Shown: positions 36,461-48,525 of the stretch, in pieces
Layout: every line of letters starts with the position of its first letter
How positions within the stretch are numbered: position 1 is the stretch's first letter
Made by a program: the position numbers and the translations under genes
Notes under the pieces: model-generated
Seen by the model: the letters and a program-made list of their open reading frames with translations, nothing else
Database searches by the model: none
Told to the model about the DNA's origin: nothing
Source of the DNA: Macrostomum hystrix
Taxonomy: Eukaryota; Animalia; Platyhelminthes
Direction of reading: 5' to 3'
DNA: 64,000 bases
Assembly: GCA_950097015.1 (NCBI GenBank)
Contig: CATNEN010000033.1
Coordinates: forward strand, 2,480,001-2,544,000

Positions 36461-36960
36461 CCTGCACAGCCTCCTGCGCAGCCTCATTGGCTAGGATGAG
36501 TCAGCCATTTGAACGCACGTACACGCACGTAGGCGGAGGGAGAGAGTGCACTGAGCACTACGGGCACCTTGCCAACTGCTCATTATCTGATCGAATTCAC
36601 CAGCTTAGACGGCGAGAATTGAATTAACAGAAACTGTTTTACTACTCTCAATTAATCTCCATTTACTAGTAGAATTTGATTCCTTGCTGAAGAAGGATGT
36701 GATTGCTTCTCTAGGGCCGCGTGCATCGCCTGCGCTGTCTGACTGTCTGTCCCTCCACAGCTCTGATTCCTCTTGTAACCCACCTCAAATATCGATCCGT
36801 GCAAATATAAATATTGAAGCTAAGTGGTCTAAGCCTTTTTGTGCACCACTAAATTGGGACTCTAAGCTACGATAGCTATGCTAAATTCGGCGGAAAGTTG
36901 ACTTCAATCTTCCTGTCGCACAGATACATGCCTATAATCACTTTTCTTTAAGCTTAGCAT

Positions 36961-37032
36961 ACTAAGGAGTCCTAAATGTATAGCATCATGGTATAACACT
37001 CTGGAGATGGGTGCTATATTTAGGACTCCTAG
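36961..37032. repeat. Short inverted repeat (~22-bp arms), MITE-like
   Basis: ACTAAGGAGTCCTAAATGTATAGCA ... TGCTATATTTAGGACTCCTAGT. Confidence 0.7.
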
Positions 37033-37247
37033 TTCTGATGGTTTGTGTTATTTGGAATAATTTCGAATAGCCATTTTTATAAGAACGCAATTTTCACTTT
37101 CGCTGTTGATGACGAAGCACGAAATCTATGGTAATAAGTACACCTATTTATGTGAGACTCAGGTGAAACTCAATCTGCTGTTTAGAATATGCATCAGCTT
37201 CGAGTTCTGGCATCAAAGTATCAGAGAGAACATTGTTAAAACTAAAA

Positions 37248-39194
37248 ATGCTCAGCAACGCCAGTAAATGTAGTAGCGAAACCGAGTTAGAAGGCAGTTA
37301 CGGCAGTAATTTCCTAAAGTACAAATCAGCAGGCGATGCAGAATATCCCACGAAAACGGAGACAAGAATCAACAAAAACCAATTCGAGAATGAGTCGGTC
37401 GTCCCGATCAGCCCAAATTCTGGTGCTTCAAGCCCCTTCCGGCAGTGCAGGTCGCAGTCTGCAGTCTGCAGTTCAATGTCCCATTCGGATCATCAGTCAT
37501 CAGAAAAATGCCCAAAAGCAACGCCTTCGGCCTCGAAAAGCGACGCAAAACCCAACACAGGCACTAGAACCTGCTGTTTCTTTGAAAGCATCTTTCTGAG
37601 AAGCCTACCTGTCACCCCTGCTAAAGAGGTCTCAGTCGATATCCTGCTAGAAACTTGCTCTCCACTATTGAATGTTTTTGATGCTCACAATGCATTTGTT
37701 GGAACAGTTAAACAGTCCTGGTGCTTGGTTTTCTGCAACTCAAGCCCCGCACAGCATCTGCCACCACCGCAAAGTTGTCGTGCGCCTACAGGCTCGAAAT
37801 TATTTCGACCCAGTCGCCGCTCTGTCGCCTGCCAAACGATCGCTGTCGATTTATTTTATTCTGCACTGGACAAGGAGCCTTCAGTTCAGCAGGAGATGCT
37901 GACAGGACCTATGCAAGCATTTGGTCAGCTAACTAGAAGCAGCAGCAACGCTGCATGTCAGCGGAGCCTGTTCCATGATCAGCAGTTTTTGCAAAACTCT
38001 AACTTGGATGTTGATCAAAGTCCTGAATATAACATTCAGGACTTTGATGGTAATTTTCAACCCTCAACAATATACGGCGAGTACGTGAACAATGGCTTTC
38101 AGCGCCTAAAGGTATTTTTCTATGAAGTTGCGCAGCTTGTTGAGGAGGCGGCAGTGAATTGGTGGACGGCTGAGCCTTGTGAGCAATTGTATCTTCCGGT
38201 GAGAGCCCGTTGCATCACAGAGACAGAAATCGCCGCGTCTGACCTCCGGATGGCTCATCGGCGCGCACCACATGCAGAAGCGTGCGAATCGCTACGCATT
38301 GAACTGCCGGACTGCAGCGTCGAAAGCACTTGCAGCTGCGGTTGCACCACTGACAACTGGCTGTTTCATAATACATCTCAGTGGGAATACAAACAGGCCC
38401 TAATTTCACCTTTGAATAGTCGACACCAGATCCAGGACTACTTGGAACGCGACTGTTACACTTCTGTCACTGAAATCGCCAACAAAAGGCAAAAACCACA
38501 ACCGGAGCTGCAAAGGCGTCGACGTCGGCATCGAAATCAGTGCGATTCTCCTCCAATTTCTTCTGCGGCCTTATCCTCCGACTGGTCGTCCGACAGAAAA
38601 TCGGCAGCAGTGGAGACAGCTTCATGCATCTCAGGCGGTGGCTTCGACAGTCTCATGCAGACCCTAGAGCGAGCGAGGCTGCGGCTGAGTGCATCCGCTC
38701 TTTACACAGCGCATTCCAATCCCATATCAGCCAGCCAACATGAACATTGTCACTCAAAGCGCAAAAGTCGAAAATTTCTGACGCAGACGGTTGACTTTGC
38801 CATTGATAGACCAGAGAAAGATGAGGGCGTCTGGAAATTTCCAGAATCTGCTGAGACAGAAATCGAGGAGAATAATGCTGGGAACAGGCGCGATGAAAAC
38901 CAGTCCAACGCTGGCGACGACTTCAGCGACACTTTCATGGCCTGCGGCTCAACATATTTAGATGACAGGATTGTCAACTACTGCGATGAGGACGACTGTC
39001 AGGCCGCACCGGCGGATCCACTGTCCACAGTTAACCAATCGTCTATTTGGCAACCAGAGAATCAAGATGCGAAGCTAGTCTGCTGTGTGTCTCAGTCGCT
39101 TCTCACGCTGGCGATGAACTTGGAGTCCAGTGTGCGACAGATTCGAGATACAGTGGCCGAGTTGCAGCATTGCACAAACTCCAGTCTGATGTAG
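37248..39194 (+). CDS. Uncharacterised ~650-aa Ser/Cys-rich protein, single ORF
   Basis: Uninterrupted 1.9-kb non-repetitive ORF (first ATG at 37248); no motif recognised. Confidence 0.6.
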   Translation: MLSNASKCSSETELEGSYGSNFLKYKSAGDAEYPTKTETRINKNQFENESVVPISPNSGASSPFRQCRSQSAVCSSMSHSDHQSSEKCPKATPSASKSDAKPNTGTRTCCFFESIFLRSLPVTPAKEVSVDILLETCSPLLNVFDAHNAFVGTVKQSWCLVFCNSSPAQHLPPPQSCRAPTGSKLFRPSRRSVACQTIAVDLFYSALDKEPSVQQEMLTGPMQAFGQLTRSSSNAACQRSLFHDQQFLQNSNLDVDQSPEYNIQDFDGNFQPSTIYGEYVNNGFQRLKVFFYEVAQLVEEAAVNWWTAEPCEQLYLPVRARCITETEIAASDLRMAHRRAPHAEACESLRIELPDCSVESTCSCGCTTDNWLFHNTSQWEYKQALISPLNSRHQIQDYLERDCYTSVTEIANKRQKPQPELQRRRRRHRNQCDSPPISSAALSSDWSSDRKSAAVETASCISGGGFDSLMQTLERARLRLSASALYTAHSNPISASQHEHCHSKRKSRKFLTQTVDFAIDRPEKDEGVWKFPESAETEIEENNAGNRRDENQSNAGDDFSDTFMACGSTYLDDRIVNYCDEDDCQAAPADPLSTVNQSSIWQPENQDAKLVCCVSQSLLTLAMNLESSVRQIRDTVAELQHCTNSSLM

Positions 39195-40989
39195 CTAGGC
39201 ATTATAATAGTCGCCAATGCTTCATGTTCATTTTCTGTCCTGAAGTCATTAAATAGGTATATGACATTGAAATTTTTGGCGCACTCATGTGCACATAGTT
39301 TTTTCTTATTTAAAAGTACTATACTAGATCGTAATATAATATACTAGATCGTATATAATACAATTTTGAACTTTTTTTGTTATTGTTTTTGTCGCTTCAC
39401 GCCTTAGGACTCAGACCTTATGTGGTCGTAAAGACAAGCCAGGCGACATTTTAGTCAAGACTGCTTGTAAGTATCTACATGCTATTCATTATAAAAAAAC
39501 TGCAATCTCCGAGTCTCCGAGAGAGCTAAAAGGGCAATGAAGCTTCATTGCGCCGTAAAAACCACCACAATGTTCGAACCAAAAATTGTCAACCGGTTAT
39601 ACCACCGATTAAATGTTTGTTCGCTACGATTGTCTTAATAGTAGTTTTAAGCAGCAAACGAAGCTAAATACTGAGTGCATTTCTCTAAAAATATTGAATA
39701 AGTATAAATATAATTAGAAAGTCACAATAACTTAACACAATGTCCACGACAACGCAAGAAATAAAACTTTTAACTAATTGTTTCCGGTAAAGCGTTTTTT
39801 AAACGGAGATCACGTGTGAATAGTAGCATGGTCTCGATCTACTAGATTCTACCTTGGAGTAGCTACAATAGAACTCAAAAGCAAGTTTCCGAATCAAAAT
39901 AATTTAAAGAGCAGAATGGAATGATACTTCATATATGTCAAGAGTTTATATTGGGGGCCTAGGTATAAAATGATGGTGATATTTGTAATGTTGTTGCGAA
40001 GACTGTCAAAATGGTTCGGAGCTCCTGTTTTTTTGTGAATTTACATATCAATCAAACACTCTGTAGAGTTTAGCTAGCCTATGTAATGGTTAATACATAA
40101 TCACGTCTCATCTGATAGTCACCGTACGAATAGTCGTTTTGTGATTTGTACGGTCACCGTACGCCGTACGAATAAAAACTGCCATAACTGCCAAAATACG
40201 TACAAAAATTGATTTGGCGCCAATTCAAATTAATAATAATGTAAGCCGTGTGCGCAAAATTTGAATTTCGGCAAAAAGAGAAAAGGAAAGGTAAGTGTCA
40301 ATTTTATTTGCGAAACTGCGAAGTAAATAAATAGAAAAAACAAATGGGGTAAAGGGGCGTGGCCAACAAGAGAGCAGTCGCCCACCTAACAATCACAACG
40401 CGCCAGTGGGTACGAAAACCACTGACGCGCGATTGGGTGAGGGTCATTAAACACGCAACAGACAATCAGATTTTAAAGGAAAAATCTAGAAGACTTCCGA
40501 AAACGGGGTGACGCTGAGAAAAACAAAAAAACGAAAAGAAAAAATCAAAGGAGTACGAGGAAAAAGGGAAAGAACTGTTACAATAATTCAGCGTACGAAG
40601 CTACAAAAGGATAGCCACAAAACTCGACTGCACTTATTCGAAACTAATAGGCCTAGAGATGTTGATTTGAACATTATAACTGTCTCAAAGATATGCTTTT
40701 TGAAAAGGTATGCTACTAACAAAAATTTTCATATAGCCTGTACCTGTAGTAAAACACCATCTTTTTAGCTAAGTGGACTACAATTTTTGTAAGACAAAAA
40801 TATAAACCTGAAATAATAGCCCATCAGCAAACCCGAGTTGGCCCCTCTATAGCTTGCCAATACACCCAACCCAATCTTAATAGTTGCCAAAATAGAAACA
40901 AATATGCCTAGGCCTAATTGTGAAAACCATTTATCCTTGGATCCAGTCAGGGATTTAGCAGTCTTGTAGGCCCCCCCTATATTGATAGG

Positions 40990-41763
40990 GGGTGCTGGTC
41001 ATTTCGTCAACTGCCAGTTCGTCAACTTGGTTGACAAATTGACCAACAGTTTAAGGTGGTCTCACTTGCAGTTGACGAAATGACCAAGGTTTTAGATTGC
41101 TTTATCATTCAGTTGACGAAATGACCTGAGAATGTTAGTTACTTCGTCAACTGGCTAGCTACAGTTTGCAAATGTCATAACATGTACATAACATTACCTT
41201 TGTTATCATTACTTATTATCCGGAACGTTCTCAATCCATCTTCGCCACCCCATCCCTAAACTGACAACGTGCCCTGTCTCTGTAACTTGAACCAGGGCCC
41301 CTCGCGCTGACACCTGTTCTCTTAAGCTGACAACGTGCACCCTGTCTCTTTTACTTAAACCAGCGCCCCTCGCGTTGACACATGTTCTCTCAATCTATCT
41401 TCGCACCCACCCCCAAACTGACAACGTGCCCTGTCTCTGTAACTTGAACCAGAGCCCTCGCGCTGACACCTGTTCTCTTAAGCTGACAACGTGCACCCTG
41501 TCTCTTTTACTTAAACCAGCGCCCCTCGGGTTGACACATGTTCTCTCAATCTCTCAATGCGAATTAGCACCTTGTCATGCGGGGCGTGTATTATTGGCAG
41601 TTGATGAAGTGACAAAAAGTTGACATCGTCCCATTGAACAGTTGACGAAATAACCAAGCTTTGAAAGTATCCTATTGGTTGGTTGACGAAACGACCAATA
41701 CGGGGAACGGGTTGACGATGTGTCCAGTTGACGAAATGGCAGTTGACGAAATGACTAGGATCC
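40990..41763. mobile_element. Non-autonomous TIR DNA transposon with 8-bp TSD TTGATAGG (Merlin/MULE-like GG termini)
   Basis: TSD at 40982-40989 and 41764-41771; imperfect TIRs containing GTCATTTCGTCAACTGCCA / TGGCAGTTGACGAAATGAC; internal ~165-bp tandem duplication at ~41225-41555. Confidence 0.78.
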
Positions 41764-42719
41764 TTGATAGGCCTTGTGTTAATCTTGGTCATGCTTGAAA
41801 ATTCATTGACATTAGCTAGGCCTATAAATATTGTATAGGCTCCTATATAAGGACACATATAGTATCTGTGTTAATGTTGTTGTTAGGTCTGGTAAGGTTA
41901 GCCCCCTAATAAAAACCTAAAGTGCATCCATTTTGAATTTAAAGACCTGTTTTTGAATTGTATTATATGCTTAATTCTATTTTTTAGCTAGATAAATATT
42001 ATATTAGGACCTATGTTGGTTAACCCTCAAGGCATACACCCAAAGCAGGCCTAGGCCTTCCACCTAGGCCTAGCTAAATTTTGTAAACTTAATGCAAATT
42101 TCTAGGTTAAGAGTGTTCAAGCAGCCCCCTATTGAATGCTACTTGATTGTAGATATCTCTTGAATGATTTAGATTACAATGTTGTAATTTAGAATTAGTG
42201 ACAAGGCAAGCTACCTTTGTTATCACTATTAGTATTGCTATTTTTTAAGGACCAAAATTAACCAGCTAGCTAATAGTTTTCTTATAGTAACTGTGTTAGC
42301 TAAATGCAAAGTAGTGCTTAGTTTATTATATTAATAATATTATATTATTTCTCTATTCACATTATTATTAAGATCACAAAATATTTTTGTATTACATATA
42401 GTATTTTATAAGGCATAAAGATATAACTAATTAGCTATGGGCTAATTTTTTTTTATTCAACAATTAGTTATGTAACCATATAAATGGTGTACTTATTTAA
42501 GATCAGATGATTGTTCTTAATATAGACAAATATTTTAGTCGCTAGCAGTCTTACTAATAAAATAAATTTTTTCTAACAATTTTCTAGCTTTATGTTCTTA
42601 ATCATCAACAAAATATTTGAGTAGGTTATTATATGCCTATTAAGTTTAGCCACTGATATTACTGTTCCAAACAGATTTTACTAATCCACTTTATAATTTA
42701 TACTTCCTTCCAAGGCCAA

Positions 42720-43792
42720 ACAGCCATCCCACTCCATTCTCAGTCCAGACAGCCACCCACTCCATTCCCAGTCCAGACAACCGCCCCACTCCATTCCCAG
42801 TCCAGACAACCGCCCCACTCCATTCCCAGTCCAGACAGCCGCCCCACTCCATTCCCAGTCCAGACAACCGCCCCACTCCATTCCCAGTCCAGACAGCCGC
42901 CCCACTCCATTCCCAGTCCAGACAACCGCCCCACTCCATTCCCAGTCCAGACAGCCGCCCCACTCCATTCCCAGTCCACCAGACAACCACCCACTCCATT
43001 CCCAGTCCAGACAGCCGCCCTACTCCATTCCCAGTCCAGACAACCGCCCCACTCCATTCCCAGTCCAGACAACCGCCCCACTCCATTCCCAGTCCAGACA
43101 GCCGCCCACTCCATTCCCAGTCCAGACAACCGCCCCACTCCATTCCTAGTCCACCAGACAACCACCCACTCCATTCCCAGTCCAGACAACCGCCCCACTC
43201 CATTCCCAGTCCAGACAGCCGCCCCACTCCATTCCCAGTCCACCAGACAACCACCCACTCCATTCCCAGTCCAGACAGCCGCCCCACTCCATTCCCAGTC
43301 CAGACAGCCGCCCCACTCCATTCCCAGTCCAGACAACCGCCCCACTCCATTCCCAGTCCAGACAGCCGCCCCACTCCATTCCCAGTCCAGACAGCCGCCC
43401 CACTCCATTCCCAGTCCAGACAACCGCCCCACTCCATTCCCAGTCCACCAGACAACCACCCACTCCATTCCCAGTCCAGACAGCCGCCCCACTCCATTCC
43501 CAGTCCAGACAGCCGCCCCACTCCATTCCCAGTCCACCAGACAACCACCCACTCCATTCCCAGTCCAGACAGCCGCCCCACTCCATTCCCAGTCCAGACA
43601 GCCGCCCCACTCCATTCCCAGTCCACCAGACAACCACCCACTCCATTCCCAGTCCAGACAGCCGCCCCACTCCATTCCCAGTCCAGACAGCCGCCCCACT
43701 CAATTCCCAGTCCAGACAGCCGCCCCACTCCATTCCCAGTCCAGACAGCCGCCCCACTCCATTCCCAGTCTACCAGACAACCACCCACTCCA
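42720..43792. repeat. 29-bp (some 32-bp) minisatellite (CCCACTCCATTCCCAGTCCAGACAGCCGC)n
   Basis: ~36 units ending ~15 bp before the FCF1 acceptor. Confidence 0.96.
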
Positions 43793-43808
43793 CTGCTCAT
43801 CTTTACAG

Positions 43809-44411
43809 TCGAAGCGCAAGCAGGCGAAGCGGTTCGCGGCCGTCAAGCGGATGATCAGCCTCAACGACGGCCGCATCCGGAAGCGCGATCGAGACAAGCC
43901 GGCCGGTCAAAAGCGAAAGCGAGCGGAGACCAATAGCGACCCACTGTCCGTGCGGCACAAGACTGCTGTTAGTTCGGCCATGTTTCTGCAATATAACACG
44001 CAGATTGGGCCGCCCTATCACATCCTGCTGGACACTAACTATGTGAACTTCGCCATCAAGAACAGGCTGGATGTGTTCCAGTCAGCCATGGACTGCCTGT
44101 ACGGCAAGTGCGTTCTGTATGTGACCGACTGTGTTCTGGCCGAGATGGAAAAGATGGGAGAGAAATACCGCGTGGCCTTGAAGATTCTGCACGATCCGCG
44201 TGTGCGCCGACTGTCCTGCCTGCACAAGGGCACCTACGCTGACGATTGCCTTGTAAGGCGAGTCACCGATCACAAGTTCTACATTGTCGCCACCTGCGAT
44301 CGAGACCTGCGCCGGCGCCTGCGTCGGGTGCCCGGCGTGCCAATCATGTACGTTCACGCCAGGCGGGTCACTGTCGAACGAATGCCCGACGCGCTGGGGG
44401 CGCCGAGATAA
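43809..44411 (+). CDS. FCF1: rRNA-processing protein FCF1/Utp24 (PIN nuclease); initiator ATG not present in this exon
   Basis: After TTTACAG| the frame reads SKRKQAKRFAAVKRMISLND...MFLQYNTQIGPPYHILLDTNYVNFAI...CLHKGTYADDCLV...YIVATCDRDLRRRLRRVPGVPIMY. Confidence 0.93.
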   Translation, partial: SKRKQAKRFAAVKRMISLNDGRIRKRDRDKPAGQKRKRAETNSDPLSVRHKTAVSSAMFLQYNTQIGPPYHILLDTNYVNFAIKNRLDVFQSAMDCLYGKCVLYVTDCVLAEMEKMGEKYRVALKILHDPRVRRLSCLHKGTYADDCLVRRVTDHKFYIVATCDRDLRRRLRRVPGVPIMYVHARRVTVERMPDALGAPR

Positions 44412-44483
44412 ACTGGCGGATTGGGAAACAACTTTTCGGACTGTTTATTGCAGAGCTGGCGGCTTTCATTGTGCTTGTCTGAT

Positions 44484-44815
44484 TACCATTCACGTAGATA
44501 GATGGCAGATTCTGAAATCACCATGCAGGTAGATAGATGGCAGATTCTGAAATCACCATTCACGTAGATAGATGGCAGATTCTGAAATCACCATTCACGT
44601 AGATAGATGGCAGATTCTGAAATCGCCATGCAGGTAGATAGGTGGCAGATTCTGTTTTCGCCATGCAGGTAGATTGATGGCAGATTCTGTTTTCGCCATG
44701 CAGGTAAATTGATGGCAGATTCTGTTTTCGCCATGCAGGAAAATAGATAGAATATTCAGTAATCCCTGTGCAGATAGATAACAGATTCTGAATCGCCATG
44801 TGGGTAGATAGATAG
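44484..44815. repeat. 35-bp minisatellite (CAGATTCTGAAATCACCATGCAGGTAGATAGATGG)n
   Basis: Period 35 (44541, 44576...); immediately downstream of the FCF1 stop. Confidence 0.92.
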
Positions 44816-45084
44816 CTGATAGCTGTCGTCAGGTTGGGTCTGCCTGCACGTGAATTGATTTGAGGCTGTCCTCTGAACTCTTGCAGTCTGAGCTGTTATT
44901 TCGATTGTAAATACACCCGACTGTTTAATTAATGCTCTTTGCAGTCAGTTCGAAGCTTGTTGTCAATATTAGTTTTTCTTCATTTGTCAATGCTTGGTCT
45001 AAGACTAGTTTAGGAGGCACAGTATGTATCAATGTCTGGTTCAAGGCTAGTATATATTATTATAAACTATGCGGTGTTAGGGTC

Positions 45085-45293
45085 GCAGTTTGTAAAGCAG
45101 GCATATTGTAAAGCAGTATGGAATGGCACATTATAAAGCAGTATGGAATGGCACATTGTAATGCAGTTTGGGGGCTGGCAGATTGTAAAGCAGTATGGAA
45201 TGGCACATTGTAATGCAGTGTGGGCTGGCAGATTGTAAAGCAGTATGGAATGGCACATTGTAATGCAGTGTGGGCTGGCAGATTGTAAAGCAG
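45085..45293. repeat. 50-bp minisatellite, ~4 copies
   Basis: GATTGTAAAG recurs at 45181, 45231, 45281. Confidence 0.9.
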
Positions 45294-45342
45294 CAGCAAA
45301 GCGGCTGGCAGCTGCCTGAATAAACTCTTCCGTGGCTTCCAG

Positions 45343-45998
45343 GAGCTGTGCGAGGACCTTCCGTGCCTAAATCTGGCCGTGCCACTGTTAGGCCTTTCAA
45401 AGGCTCCAGCAGACGGAGCCGGGGCAAGCTCTGGGACGCTGCTGTCGGCCGGGCGCGGTCGGCTGCGCGATGTTGAGCTGCTGCGCAGCCTGCCGGGTCG
45501 TCGGGCTCGCCAGTCCAGCGGCGAGGCCTGCGCCGCCGCGGCCAAGCTGATTGCCGACGAGCCACAGCCGTTGTGGATGCGCGCCTTTGCCTCCGACTGC
45601 GGCGGCCGCAGCTCCGCAGGCGCTGGCGCGGCCGATGAGGCTGCAGACCCGGCCTGCCTGGACGGTTTTCGGCCGCTAAACAGAAAGTGAGTGTCCTGGG
45701 TCACGTGATTGTGGGATTAGTTAGTTGCAGCTTTTCCTCACTTTTCCCCGCGCCACCAACCGATGCCAGACCGCCGCCAGCCGCTCCGCTGGCCAATAGG
45801 AACGCTCGGAGCGTAAAGAAAACTGACCGTGCCGCAGTCAAGGTCAAGGCAGAGCCCAAGTTCAAGGTCGCTCCCAAGGCCGGCCGGCGGTCACGCGCGG
45901 AAAATTCCGGTGCATCGCCAGACGACAACAAAGAGAACTTCTCGGGCAATTATCGCCGAGTGTCGCTTCGCCTGGCCTTGGCCAACAGTTTGCAATGA
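45343..45998 (+). CDS. Small unknown protein (~190 aa) with a KEN motif; two exons
   Basis: Exons 45343-45686 and 45770-45998 are joined in frame by an 83-bp GTGAGT...CCAG intron; no in-frame ATG before the TTCCAG acceptor. Confidence 0.45.
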
Positions 45999-46659
45999 GC
46001 TGGTGCTAGCAGTGCATTCAATTCACTTTCACGCTTTTAAACTGGACAGATGAGATTTTAATTTTTTCTGTCTTTGTAAACAATAGTTTTATATTCGCAT
46101 CGATGTGCCCTGCATTTAGTTTTTTCTTCGAAACCAACGCAAAGGTTTCGCAACGGAAAAGGTAAAACAAAAGTTACAACGATTTTAGCTAGCTTTTTTT
46201 ACTAATTAAAGCATTTTTCTCCCGATTTTATTTTTATTTCGGCTAAACAAATGCTGAAAAATAAATGACCAATCAGGTCAATCAGGATTAGTAACGATAA
46301 TTTCGGTGGCAATAATTGCTGTAAATTATTTAGTAAAATTATGCTGTCTTGTTTTCCCACGTCTTTAAACCAGTTGGTTTTTTCCTGCAATTGTGTACAT
46401 GACATACTACTTGGTAGTAGATTAGCAGAATTTTAAACTGTGACCAAGCTGTAAATTGTTTTGAAAAAGCAAAAAAAGTAAACAAAAAGGCATTTCTCGC
46501 ACGGAGCTATTTTTAGCGCCAAAGTCATGCATTTCCCGTTGTTTACGGGACGGCCGATTGGTGGGTTCTAGGTCATGCGTGTGGATCACGGATTGGCTGC
46601 CTGTCACAATAAAATAGAATGTGCAGCTATAATTTGGCCAATCAGGAATCAGTCCAGCT

Positions 46660-48525
46660 TCATCGACCTTCAGCCACCTCAGCGCCGTGAACCCGAACCA
46701 TCTGCACGGTGAGCAGGCAGAGCTCTCCGCCGTTGTCCCTCGCATCGTGGGCCGCCAGGTACAGCAGGTCCAGCCACCGATGCGTGGCCAGGTGTCGCGG
46801 CAGGCACAGGCCCAGCGGGGTCAGCGGCAGCCTCTGGACTAGACTAAAGCCGGCGACGATTTTCGAAGCATCGCCGACTTCAGACGATGGCGGACGGTAG
46901 CGGTAGACGCGGATGCAGTTCGAGGCCTGGTCCGCTAGCAGAACGGCGCCCCAGTGGACGCAGAGGCCGCCCCAGCGTCGGGCCGGGCTGCGACTCCGGA
47001 CGAATTCCAGTGGCTCTGACTCGGCTGTCCTTGAGAATCGCGTTAATGAAGAGGAAAGGATGTCGACTCAGAACCCATGGAACGTGTTGATGGTCAGACT
47101 AGTTGTCTAGATAAGTTCAAGGACCCAGTGCGATTGAATGGGGATTTTGTGTCGGCTTATGGTCCCTAATTGCCGGTCGATTTCAGTAGTCGTTTATCTC
47201 AACGATGCTAACGTCAGACGGCTTAGATAGTTAGTTGATCGTATAGGGCGGAAAATTTTGATCCGCATGGTGGAATTTCACGAAAATCGGTCATTCGTAA
47301 TTGGAATTATCGTGTAGTGGGCAGTGGCTGTTTGAAATACCCTGTGTCTTTCCCGACGAAGGAAAAGCAGGGTCTTCTGTTAAAGCCGAGTCTCCAGGAC
47401 ACCCACCTCTCCGCTGGCGGCCGCAGGTCGAAGGCCAACACGCCGCGCTCGTGCGCCACCAGCAGGAGGCGAATGGCGTAGAAAGCGTCGGCCAGCACCG
47501 CCACGTGGCTGGGCCGGAACAGACGCGGGTGCCGCAGCTCGGCAAGCGGCGCCAGGGTTGGCAGCGCCAGCCGCTGCACCCGATGGTTGAGCTGGTCGGC
47601 CACCCAGGCGCTGCCGGAGTCCACGGCGCAGCCGGCCGGCCGGTTGAACTGGCCCAGCCTGGAGCCGGGCGGGCCGCAGCAGCGGGCCAGGACCGGCTGG
47701 CTGCCGGCGCCGGCCAGCGATTGCAACAGGAAGACGCCGTGCCTAACGGCGCCGGCGCCCGAGCAGACCAGCTGGCCGGGCGCGTCGGCGCCGCAGCTAG
47801 CGAGGCCCAGCTGACCCCGGTGGTGCAGGCCATCGGGCTGGTATAGCCTGCTGCCTCGCTGCTGGTGCTGGCGGGTCCCGTGTGCCGCGGTGCTGACGGC
47901 TGCCGACGGTTGAAGCTGCATCACCGCGTAGGTCTCGGTGCCACCTGATCGGAAATTCGGCACACAGATGCCAACAGAAATTCGGCATTACTCAACGTAG
48001 CTTTCTTGCTATAGATTTATCTTCTAGATGTCCGCTCGTACTTCTCTCACACCGAGTTTAGAGGAAAGGTAGAGACATGAGGGAGTGCTTGTAATCTGTC
48101 TTGTCCTTAGACATCACTGGGTGGCGCGACCTAAAACCTATCTTAGGCCTCCCGTCTCACTTATCCGAGTCGGTGCTGCTCATGAGCTCTGGGGTGATGC
48201 ACTCACTGGGGGCAGTCAGCTTGGTGGTGATTAGCAGTGCCTCCACGCTGGCACTGAAGGCCATGCCGGTGAGGCTGACCACACCGCCAGTCCCGGAGGC
48301 GCCGCCTTTGTTTTTGGCCTGCTGCTGCCCGATGCTCATCTTGTGCGGCTGCGACAGCACGAAACACTTCTCGTGCTCCTCCTCCTCCTCATCGACACTA
48401 TCCTCATCGTGCTCCTCTGCGCAGCAGCCTTCGTCGTCGTCCAGCGGCTCCGCAGCCGCCACCGCTGCCCCCGAACGCAGCTCGTGAGCCATCGGTGGAA
48501 CCGGCGGCAATGGCTCGGCCTGCAT
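46660..48525 (-). CDS. NHL-repeat (beta-propeller) protein
   Basis: Exons 47944-47403 (GQFNRPAGCAVDSGSAWVADQLNHRVQ) and 47029-46660 (LLADQASNCIRVY) join in phase 0. An acidic first exon at ~48525-48161 is likely, but its junction phase is unresolved. Confidence 0.68.

Noticed and set aside
39048-39843. Segment missing from the duplicate might be a spliced-out intron (processed copy)
   Set aside because: The ends are not GT/GC...AG and the ORF reads through the left boundary, so a genomic deletion fits better.
42681-43800. Trp/Gly-rich ORFs on the - strand
   Set aside because: Products of the 29-bp minisatellite.
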